Assembly (NCBI GenBank): GCA_950097015.1 | Contig: CATNEN010000038.1 | Coordinates: forward strand, 8,308,001 to 8,372,000 | Origin: Macrostomum hystrix | Lineage: Eukaryota; Animalia; Platyhelminthes | DNA: 64,000 nt | Direction of reading: 5' to 3' | Part shown: in pieces, positions 13,385 to 24,424 of the stretch | Position numbering within the stretch: position 1 is the first letter of the stretch | Layout of the letters: every line of letters begins with the position of its first letter | Program-made: the position numbers and the translations under genes | The notes under the pieces: generated by a model | The model's database searches: none | What the model was told of the DNA's origin: nothing | What the model saw: the letters and a program-made list of their open reading frames with translations, nothing else

Positions 13385-13995
13385 AACTGCAACCTTCATT
13401 CCCTGATCCTTCAGCAGCTGCAATCCTTCATTTCCTGATCCTTCAGCAGCTGCAACCCTTCATTTCCTGATCCTTCAGCAGCTGCAACCCTTCATTCCCT
13501 GATCCTTCAGCAGCTGCAACCCTTCATTCCCTGATCCTTCAGCAGCTGCAACCCTTCATTCCCTGATCCTTCAGCAGCTGCAACCCTTCATTCCCTGATC
13601 CTTCAGCAGCTGTAAACCTTCATTTCCTGATCCTTCAGCAGCTGTAAACCTTCATTTCCTGATCCTTCAGCAGCTGAAACCCTTCATTCCCTGATCCTTC
13701 AGCAGCTGAAACCCTTCATTCCCTGATCCTTCAGCAGCTGAAACCCTTCATTCCCTGATCCTTCAGCAGCTGTAAACCTTCATTCCCTGATCCTTCAGCA
13801 GCTGTAAACCTTCATTCCCTGATCCTTCAGCAGCTGAAACCCTTCATTCCCTGATCCTTCAGCAGCTGTAAACCTTCATTCCCTGATCCTTCAGCAGCTG
13901 AAACCCTTCATTCTCTGATCCTTCAGCAGCTGTAAACCTTCATTCCCTGATCCTTCAGCAGCTGAAACCCTTCATTCCCTGATCCTTCAGCAGCA
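13385..13995. repeat. 32-bp minisatellite (gatccttcagcagctgcaacccttcattccct)n
   Basis: Tandem array just 3' of the telobox gene stop. Confidence 0.95.
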
Positions 13996-14032
13996 TAGGA
14001 GGTCTGCACCAGAGCTTAGAATAAGCGCACAG

Positions 14033-17000
14033 TCAGAAAAGAATGCTTCGCAGTTCGAGATCTGTTCTGACGAGCTGCAGCAGCTCCTCGTTGGCCAGGT
14101 TGCGCACGTCATCCTCAGTGATGCCCAGCTGCCTGAGCCGTCTAGCCAGACGGCCGGGCATATTCTTAGCGAGCATAGTGCGCCAGCGGTCCTTGACCTG
14201 TACATTGGTTCTGGTGGCGTGAGCCAGGAGCTTGTTTCGGATGCCCACCCAGTTTGGGCCGTGCCTAACGTAGCCGATGTACAACAGGAACGAGTCGCGA
14301 TCGTTCCAAGGCCTGCGCCGCCGGACGCTGGATGCGTTGGAGTTGCTGGCCAACTCGTCGGAAAGGTTGAGCTCCAAGCGATGAGCAGCTGGCCTGTTAG
14401 TGGGCTGCAACCGAAACGGCTGCTGCTGCTGTTGGCTTGCAGAAGCTGCTGGAGAGCTTTCAGCAGCGATGCTATTGTCATCGGAGCTGCTGAGGCTGCT
14501 GCTGCTTATAGTAACATTGCCGCTATTGTTTTTCCCATTAGCGCCGTTTCTATAACCATTTACAGTGCTGACCTTTCTTGTGCTACTTCTAGTAGTAACG
14601 GATGTGGTCGGCGAACTTCTTACTTGCTGCTGATCCTGAAAAAACATTTATAAAATTGGCACATCTGCATTTTCATTACTAAATAGAACATAATAAAGAA
14701 CCTAGATATTACCAACCTAGAATCCCAGCTGGCACTAGAGCAACCATAAATGACAATAAAGCAACAATAACTGGAGCCATTGGGTCAAGGGTTTAGACAT
14801 CGTAGGCAAGCAGGACTCACTGCAATTTGCCGCTGATCATCAAGCCCAAGATCCTGTTGCTGCTGACTAACCAAGAACTCTGCCGGCTGCTCAGCAGGCC
14901 CTGCCCGTCTGGGAGGCGACGGCGTGCTGGTGTCATCGATGCCGTCAATGATAGAGCGGCTAACTGCGGGTGTGTTCAGGCTGCACTGCAGGAGGCGATG
15001 GCTGCCTTTTCTAGCCGCCGGCACGGCTGGCCGACTGTCGGATGACGAGGTCCCGGAAATTTCAATCACAGCCACAGACTCAGCGTTAGAGGCTGCCGTT
15101 AGAGTTCGACGGCTGAAACTTTTCTTAGAGGAGTTGGCGTTGAACACTGGCGCCACGGTTTCCATCGAGGCCTGCAAAATTTCGATGTGGGTGGAGTTTT
15201 AGTGGTGGTGTGCGGACAGGTACGACGACAGGTGAGTGACCCAACCTGAGGAAATCAGAGGACAGGTGAGTGACCCAACCTGAGGATCTCAGAGGACAGG
15301 TGAGTGACCCAACCTGAGGATCTCAGAGGACAGGTGAGTGACCAAACCTGAGGATCTCAGAGGACAGGTGAGTGACCCAACCTGAGGATCTCAGAGGACA
15401 GGTGAGTGACCCAACCTGAGGATCTCAGAGGACAGGTGAGTGACCCAACCTGAGGATCTCAGAGGACAGGTGAGTGACCCAACCTGAGATCTCAGAGGAC
15501 AGGTGAATGACCCAACCTGAGGGTCTCAGAGGACAGGTGAGTGACCCAACCTGAGGATCTCAGAGGACAGGTGAGTGACCCAACCTGAGGATCTCAGAGG
15601 ACAGGTGAGTGACCCAACCTGAGGATCTCAGAGGACAGGTGAGTGACCCAACCTGAGGATCTCAGAGGACAGGTAAGTGACCCAACCTGAGGATCTCAGA
15701 GGACAGGTGAGTAACCCAACCTGAGGATCTCAGAGGACAGGTGAGTGACCCAACCTGAGGATCTCAGAGGACAGGTAAGTGACCCAACCTGAGGATCTCA
15801 GAGGACAGGTGAGTAACCCTGAGGTGAGGTGAGTAACCCTAAGGTCCCTGAGGTTCAGAGACCAAAAAGTCGCCCATTACCTCAGGCACTTGAGTTGCAG
15901 TGGAAACACACACGGCTGGAAGAGAAACAGCAGCAGCTGCAGTAGCATTAGCTGTTGCAGGTGAAATCGCCGATTCCAAGGCAGCCTTGCAGCGAAGGTC
16001 CTCCAGCTCGGGCAGGAAGCTGCGCAGAGCCATCCGCAGCTGTCTAGCTAAAGCTTGCAATCTTTCGCAGTTGTCGGCAGTTCCGGTGGTGGTCAGGGAG
16101 CGGAAAAACTGCTCCTCGCCTGCGGCCAAGTGAGCTGATGCCTGTCGGACATTCCTGACGCCCAGATTCTCAAACAGCTGAGCCGCTGTGGTCAGCTGGC
16201 GTCGCTCCATTGCCGGCGTGCAGTCGGGAGCGCCTGCGCGCGCAGTCTCGGCTATTAACAGTGCCAGGCCTGTGAAGCTGATGCGCTGAAGCCAGGCGGT
16301 CAGCAGTGCGTCCAGAGCCTCCAGTTGACTGGTCTGCACAATTATTTAAAAGTGGATTTCAGTGTAAAGAGTGACAGAGAGTGACACTGAGTGAGTGACT
16401 AATAGATTGACACTGAGTGAGAGACTAATAGAGTGACACTGAGTGAGTGACTAATAGATTGACACTGAGTGAGTGACTAATAGAGTGACACTGAGTGAGT
16501 GACTAATAGAGTGACACTGAGTGAGAGACTAATAGAGTGACACTGAGTGAGAGACTAATAGAGTGACACTGAGTGAGTGACTAATAGATTGACACTGAGT
16601 GAGTGACTAATAGAGTGACACTGAGTGAGTGACTAATAGAGTGACACTGAGTGAGTGACTAATAGAGTGACACTGAGTGAGTGACTATTAGAGTGACACT
16701 GAGTGAGAGACTAATAGAGTGACACTGAGTGAGTGACTAATAGATTGACACTGAGTGAGTGACTAATAGAGTGACACTGAGTGAGTGACTAATAGAGTGA
16801 CACTGAGTGAGAGACTAATAGAGTGACACTGAGTGAGTGACTAATAGAGTGACACTGAGTGAGAGACTAATAGAGTGACACTGAGTGAGAGACTAATAGA
16901 GTGACACTGAGTGAGTGACTAATAGAGTGACACTGAGTGAGTGACTAATAGAGTGACACTGAGTGAGTGACTAATAGAGTGACACTGAGTGAGTGACTAA

Positions 17001-17859
17001 TAGAGTGACACTGAGTGAGAGACTAAAAGATTGACACTGAGTGAGTGACTAATAGATTGACACTGAGTGAGTGACTAATAGAGTGACACTGAGTGAGAGA
17101 CTAATAGAGTGACACTGAGTGAGTGACTAATAGAGTGACACTGAGTGAGTGACTAATAGAGTGACACTGAGTGAGTGACTAATAGATTGACACTGAGTGA
17201 GAGACTAATAGAGTGACACTGAGTGAGTGACTAATAGAGTGACACTGAGTGAGTGACTAATAGAGTGACACTGAGTGAGTGACTAATAGAGTGACACTGA
17301 GTGAGTGACTAATAGAGTGACACTGAGTGAGTGACTAATAGAGTTCCAGACTGAGTGACAGATAGAGGGACACTGAAAGTCTAACTGGACTCACTCGTTT
17401 AGCTTGCCCGCCGCTATCTAGAGTCCGCAGATGATTCAAAACCGACTGCAGTTCAGGCATTGACGCACGCAATTCCGTTGAAAACAATGCCAGAATCTCG
17501 ACTAAAGCGCGACGAAATCTGGCCAAACTCGGAGCGGAGAGGCACCAGTCGGGAGCCGCAGCTTCGGCAACCCGTTGGAATCGCTGAGCACAGAGCAGCA
17601 GAAGTCGCGATGAGGCCCAAAGAATGCAGTGCAGATACTCGGACCATTGAGCACGGGTGCTCAAGCCCAGCTCAGCCCTGTGATCGTCAACTTCAACTAG
17701 GCAGCGCAAATAGAAGGCGCAGTGCTGCAGATAGTTTAAATCATCGCAAGGAGCCAATTCCGCTACAGCCGGCTGGCCATTCTCGCAGTTGTCTAAAGTC
17801 GATGGCCATCTTCGCTTCCTGGTCGAAAACACAAGCAGAAGGCACCTGGGTGCCTGCAT
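14033..17859 (-). CDS. TRF1/TRF2-like telomere-repeat-binding protein, 623 aa (exons 17395-17859, 15881-16333, 14821-15171, 14033-14635)
   Basis: All three introns are phase-0 GT-AG. The C-terminal Myb domain RRRRPWNDRDSFLLYIGYVRHGPNWVGI...RTNVQVKDRWRTM matches the telobox motif (cf. TRF1 RTSVMLKDRWRTM). It is preceded by a helical-looking N-terminus and a Ser/Thr-rich linker. Confidence 0.75.
15228..15838. repeat. 34-bp intronic minisatellite (aggacaggtgagtgacccaacctgaggatctcag)n
   Basis: Tandem array in intron 2 of the TRF-like gene. Confidence 0.95.
16370..17345. repeat. 26-bp intronic minisatellite (gagtgagtgactaatagagtgacact)n
   Basis: Tandem array in intron 1 of the TRF-like gene. Confidence 0.95.
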
Positions 17860-18276
17860 ACTTATTAATTAAGCTCACGTTAGTAGCTGCTGTCTTTTGG
17901 AAGCAGGCTGGTGGCGCTGATGTAGTGACTGAAAATAGCAAATATTGTTTAAAAAGATCAAATGTCCCAAATTATCCCATTATACATTTTAGAGCAAATT
18001 ATTAAGCTCATTAATATGCGGGCATATTAAGCGACAAGCTCGTAACTTATGCACGAGTAAATGGATTTTATTTACAAATGATACGAAAATACGAGTAACA
18101 ATGATATATTAGTCTTGTTAAAATTCACTAAGTTAACAATTATCAATTGAGACAAAGGAAAATGACAGATTAAAGAAAGGAATTAGGGACAGGCTCAAAG
18201 ACATGGGGAAGTGCATGATGAGTGCATGCTGAACTATCAAAATGCAAAATGCGCCACTGACTAGCCGCCTCTTGAA

Positions 18277-18943
18277 TCAGCTGTCATCTTCTTCCTCGTC
18301 ATCGAAGGACAGCAGCTTCTTGTTACACACGCCAGATTGAACTGAGCTGTCAGCGGATGTTCGCTGTCGCTTTGCTTCGGTTGCTGCGGAGTCGTCAACT
18401 TTAGAAAAATTCCCCGCACCTATGACGGCCGCCTCCGCTTTGGTCTTTCTGCTGCCGGCGCCGCTGCCGCCGCTAACAGCGGGACGAACGAAACGGACCC
18501 GACTGCGAGCCTCGTCAAATTTGGCATCTTCCCCGGCCTCGCGAATTCGAGCCTTTAAGAAACACAAATGAATCTATTTTATTTGCATTTTTTTATAATT
18601 TAACGAGCGTTGAAGCATCAACGCTCACCTGCACAGCCGCCAGCTCAGCCTCAGAGACGCCACTGCCTGGCGTGACAACAATCTGCGGCATCTCCTCTTC
18701 GCTACGCGCTGCTGGTTCACGTCCGCCACAGTCTCCGCCATCGTCTGCTAGGCCAGGCTTGCCGAGGCCAGTTTTACCAGCATCCGCGCCAGAGCTGCTG
18801 GCGAATTTGTCAGTCAGCTTGGCGTCGGGCAGCAGGCCGGCGCGCTGCTTGAACTGGCGAATGAAAGCCGGCTCAGAGCGACCGCCATCATCGCCGCCAG
18901 CCTTGGCACCAGTGTACTCGACTGTGTAGCGAGGCCCACTCAT
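18277..18943 (-). CDS. KIAA1143: KIAA1143 (DUF4604) homolog (exons 18629-18943, 18277-18552)
   Basis: Family-typical motifs EPAFIRQFKQRAG, EEEMPQIVV and the C-terminus NKKLLSFDDEEEDDS. One phase-0 intron. Confidence 0.8.
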
Positions 18944-19169
18944 GCTCCCGCAATCTAATTTAATTAGTTAGTTAGCTAGTGCCAAAAACTACTCCAACGT
19001 TGGCTAAAAAGTGGTTGGTTTCACTTTTCTCAAGGGGTCCTTATGAGCATTTATATATATTCTATTATAATTAGCTCCATTGAAAATGTTTTTTATTTAT
19101 CTACCATATTCTTGTATTTTAGTTTTATACTTTATGATTATATATGACTGCATATAATAATCATCATCA

Positions 19170-19460
19170 TTGCACACCCTTTGGCGACACTAGACCTGCA
19201 GCCAGCAATTCAGACTCCTAAAAACACACAGGTACCATACAAACTCATACTCATATGCACATACTCACACAGGTGCATACATCTTTCCTGACTTTCTTAT
19301 CATCAGACAGTGTGTACACTAACTGTGCCTTGGAGGTTGGGCCCTAAAGGGCAAAAATTGCACAACAATGACCCTCAAACCCTCTATCTGTGGCTGCGCC
19401 CTGAGTTAATGTGCATTCACTGTGGAATTGGGCCCATGGACTTTGGTGCAGGAGGCAAAT
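19170..19460 (-). mobile_element. Degenerate copy of tRNA-derived SINE family 2
   Basis: Similar to 62125-62483 (ctgtgccttggaggttggccct...aattgcac). Confidence 0.6.
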
Positions 19461-21977
19461 TCTTTTAACTACATATAAAATATTGAGGTAATGTTGAGGT
19501 ACTGTTGGAGTTTTACCAGCAAAATTAGCTTTTATAGCTGCCTTTGGAGGCAGTTGTTAGGTCAATTTTATAGCCATTACATTTTTCAATTTGCAATTCA
19601 AGCAGTAGGCCTACACTCATACATGCGCAACCTCCCAAATCTTAGCCGGCGGTGTGACTTTGTTTTTGCTCTATTTATGACTTAGTTTGCTCTCATTTGC
19701 AACTTAGTTTGTTTCATTGCTCTCTTTTTCTCTCTCTTTTTCCTTGTCTTCACGCCTTCCTTTTTTGTCCCTTGGTCCCCCCTTTGATTTTTTTGCGCTT
19801 GATTGATTGGTTTTTGCAACATACCTTGCTTGGCCCTTGTTTCACCTGGCCAGTTTGGCTGGGTGTTGCGCATGTATGCCTACACTGAGATGCAGTCTAC
19901 TCTCATGTTGCAATGTGGCAAGTAAAGTAAAACTATTTTAAAAAATGTTTACACCCCTAAAACATAAATATCTTGTCATTTATAAGAATCTAGAAAAAAC
20001 CTACATTTTGGGAAAGTAAAAAATTAATTTATCAAACTATATTTATAGGATAGCCCAGTTGTAAAGAAGATGCACTATTATTACATATAATTAGCTAGCT
20101 AATTGTAAAAAATGTACAATATTTGTGTTCTTTATGTTTACATAAATATAAAAATAAATACAAAATACATTGACAACATTCAGCAAGACTTTGAAAAACT
20201 TATAGAGAGAATGTAATTCTTTTAATTTCTGAGTCATCTGACCCCTATCATTTCTTATGTTATAAAATCCCCAGTACAATGTTAAAGCTAGGAAGGCTTT
20301 TACAATATCTAACCACTAAGATGTTTCAAAGAAACTGTTTGTGACCTAAAATAAAATGGCAAATTTGTATTATGTTAATTGTATTACAAAAGAACATTCA
20401 GTTGGAAAGAAAGAAATTAAATAACTTAACAATAACACAATAACTGAAACATAAAACTTGTAAATTTAGACTTGTACACTTCTAAATTAACTACATTTAG
20501 AAGTTAGAATGTGAAGAATCCATTTTACTAGTGAATAAACAACTGTTTATCAATATTAGACTACTAATGGCCTATATGTATAGGCCTACCCCTTAATCCA
20601 AGCTGTTGCTCAGCTAAGATAGTTGACTGATCCACACAATTTGATTGATAGATTTGACACAATACAACTCTACCACATAGTTGATCTCAGAGCACCCTAA
20701 ATCGCATTGCTTTAATTATCTGGTAGCTCCAATATACAAGTATAAATTTATTTGACTCTTGGGACTTGGGTGATTTTATCACAAATTCAAATACAATTAA
20801 AGACATTTACAAGTATTTATATAGTGCAGCTAATAATCTACAAATCTACAATGATCTAACAATGTACATATGCCTAGAACTTATAGAAAATGTAAGGTCA
20901 CTTGCTTGACAAATAGAAAATAAATAAAGGTAATAATCAACATATTCGATTTTAATACCAATGCTTTTTGTCTTTTATACTATAGTCTATGCACTGTCAT
21001 AGCTTGTGTGAATAATTATTAATGATAAGTTGCCGAAAAAGTTTCAGATTAGAAAAAATTTAATTGTAGAGTCTCCCTATGAGAGTCACCCTATGAAAAA
21101 ATCATAAAAATAATTTAGGAAAGTAAAATAGGCTCGATCGATCTCCAAGTTATAGAGACCAAGTCGTTGTTAATAGGTAAGCACAGCGAGTTACTTTTTA
21201 TAGGCTAGTCACTAGCCAGACAATTAAATTTAGGCGGCAGTAAGCCTATACTAGTTTTAAAAGGTTAAGCTGCTAGCAACGTAGCAAATACAAACTGTAT
21301 GTCAAGCTGTAGAGAAATACGCTTAGCGATAGTCTCGATTTGACCTATCTGTAGTTCCATAAATTTTAAAAATAAATTTGACAAAGTAAGCATTCTAAAT
21401 AATATTTATTCTTTTACTCGCTGAATTTCAAAGTTAAAAGAATGATAAAACTAGATAAGTTCCATTTAATTGAAAATTACCTTCGAAAATAGAAGACTCT
21501 TGGCATCTTGCGCTTCAAGTGACTCATTTTAAATTACGTATGTATTTAAATTTTTTATAAAGTAAACCAAAAATATACCGTACACACCAAAGCAAGATGC
21601 AATGCCACTTAAAATTAATTAAAATACAGTTCAGCTAATAATTAAGTTTATCGAATGAATATATTTTAGTCGAAACATAATGCATATTAAAAGCCTATGC
21701 TCATGTATACAAAGTTTCACGATACAAGTAATTTCAGAAATATATAAGAAAAAGTTTGCATTAAATATATCTCACGCAAAATGTTGATTTATAAGTTAAG
21801 CTAAGTTAAGAAGTTAGGTAAACTTAACTCAAATAACTTAAATAATAGCACTTCAATGGGGTTAATTAAAGGCTACACAGCCGCCCATTCCGACCAATAC
21901 ATTAGAAGGAAAAATCAGTGAGAAGCATTTTTCGTCCCCCACTACTTCCCCCTCTATCTTATCGCTATAGTTAGGCC

Positions 21978-24093
21978 TCAGCCACAGCTAGGGCCTAGCA
22001 TTTGCAGCACCACAAGGCCCTGATCGCTAACAGTATTGCCGCCCGTCGTGGCATTGCAGCCGGTGCCAGCACAAAAGGAGCCACCGCCACCGCCCGTCTG
22101 GGCGCAAGCTCTGCCGGCACCGCCGCCGCTGTAACCACCGCCGCCGCCGCTGCCGCCGCAGGGTTCGCCGCCGCCGCCGCCTCCACCAAAGCCGCCGACA
22201 GCGGCCGCGTTGTTGGTGGCACCGCCGCGTCCACCTAGCCAGCCGTCGGCTAGGCTTCCGCCGCTATCGGCGTCGTCACCGGTCCTGGGCAGAACGCTGC
22301 ACTTGCCGAGCCATCCAGCGCCGGCGCCCCCGAACTTGTAGTAGGCCATGGCGCCTGCGGTATTGATCATGCCTGGGTTTCCGCTGACCCCTCCGAAGCC
22401 TTTATGTTCAGCATCCTGCCCGATGGTGTCCGTTCCATTTCTTGACGCCTGCCCAGGATTTCCTGAAGAATTAGTATCATTGTTTAAAAGGCTTACAACA
22501 ACAAATTTATTCACGAAAGTGATGACTGTGATTTGCAATAGTGCGTCCGTCATAGGTCATTATAATATATATTGGCAAATTACATCAGCAATATGACAGG
22601 AAAACAAATTTCAAACTTAGCCGAAATCAAAGTTTTCTTTTTGCCCACTCAGTGTTGTAGAGTGTGTGTTAAATTATTTGAAAAATGTGACCCGATGAAG
22701 CTAACCTGCCCATTATTGTCTTAAAGTAACTTGTCCATTTTAAAACTCTTTGCTAATAGCCATTTGCTAATAAATCTAGATCACATTCTACTATGTTACT
22801 CTGAATTCCACTCCTGTATTTCTTACCCGGGCGCCAGGTATTGGTGGCGCCTCCACCGCCGCCAGCAGACAGAAGCAGCGAGTTGTCCAATCTGCGGTAC
22901 ACAAAGCTGCCGCCACCGCCCCCGGAGCCGGAAAACTCCAGCCAGCCATGAGAGGGATGCACACGGTACATACCGGCAGCGTCGCCTCCACGTTGACCGA
23001 CGACGATGGCCAAGACGGTGCCGTTGGTCAGCATAAACTTGCCAGACACCTTGGCGCCGAGGCCACCCAGAGAGACGTTGCCCACGGGATCGGTGGGATT
23101 GGTCGAGCCGCCCCTGGCGCCGAAGGCTTCGATACGGTAGCAGGCCGTGAACTGCACGGTGTAGTTCTGGACGCTTCCAACCCGACCAGTGCTGCTATCT
23201 GCGATGGGTACGCGAGCTTCTATTGACTTCTATGTACGAAGCTGGTCTTGTGAAGATAATCGAAATCACAGTATGATGCAACTGTGGGCAAGAAATGAGC
23301 AACTGGGAATTGCAGAACATCTAATCTATGAAACATTTCTCCCCCCGGGATTTGGCTTCTCTCTTGGTAGTGATTGGCTGGGTCGGGTTGTCTGTCATTG
23401 CTTGAGAAGAAAGCGCCTTTTCTCTACCCTTCATGTACCGAACGCGAAGTATTATAGTCGAATCAAGAGGGTCATTGGCAGAGAGATAAACGCATTTGAT
23501 TTTCACACCAATGTCCCTGATCTCGATTTGGGGTGCAGCCGCGGAGAGAAGGCTTGGGGACTTGTCGTGCAATTTACGCCCTCGAGGTCCTAACGATGAG
23601 AAAGTCAGAGCAGATATACCTGTTGAGCTGTCTGCGTACGGTATCTGCGTGTGTGTGTGCGTGTGTGAGTGTGTGTGTGCTGCGGAAAGGGCAGAACTGC
23701 GATCCTCGCTGGCTGCGGTTCTAGTGTCACCAAACGATGTGCCAGATCACTGGTAAACACTCGTGCAACGGCTTTGGTGCGGAGCTGCTCGCCAAAATCT
23801 ACTGCCTGCCACAGCCGCGAGCCGGCCTCGGTGCCCAGCAGTCGTCGCACGTGAGTGCCCGGCGGCCCGGCCGTTGTGGAAGCGTCGTTGAGCACAGCAA
23901 ACTGGCACTGACGATTGTCAGCGCTGAGACTGACCAGAGCGCAGCCGAGGCTCAAGCAGCGGTCTAGGCAGTAGAGTTCAGATCTCGGAGAAGCCGTCCC
24001 AGTTGACTCGTTGAGCATTGTGCTGCTGTAGTCCTCAGCTAGCAGTACCGGACCGTTCTGCGTGAATTGTCCAAGTCCGCAGCTGAACAGCGC
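21978..24093 (-). CDS. PAN/apple-like + ALK/LTK-type glycine-rich domain protein (exons ~24093-23751, 23198-22827, 22462-21978; 5' end unresolved)
   Basis: PAN-like Cys pattern CLDRCLSLGC...CQF, then YRIEAFGARGG, LAIVVGQRG, GGGGGSFV, LLLSAGGGGGA and GGFGGGGGG, all typical of the Gly-rich domain. Junctions are frame-consistent. Confidence 0.75.
23500..23745 (+). mobile_element. tRNA-derived SINE family 2 copy (internally deleted, 3'-truncated) in an intron
   Basis: Matches the reverse complement of 62125-62483 (gccgcggagagaaggcttggggacttgtcgtgcaatttacgccct). Confidence 0.8.
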
Positions 24094-24424
24094 TGTGAAT
24101 TGAATGGGTTCGAGCTTGTGTATTCAGCATTTAGCGAGCTTGCTGTGTTTTACTCTCGTGCACCTCTCCTGCTCTTAACAATAAACAATTTGAGAATTTC
24201 AGAGGTTTGGTGCTTTTGCTATTCTATTCTATCCACTTTTTTCTTGTCTGTTGCTTATGTATTAGTCCGCTTTAATAATCTGTTCCAGTCTATCACACCA
24301 AGGTGTGACACGTCACCTATTTTGTAATATAGATATTTCGAAATCCGCTTTTTAATGCAAGCGAATGAACGGCGAGTTTTTCTATGCACAAGCATAGAAA
24401 AACGTGCGTCGGTGGCGATGCGGA

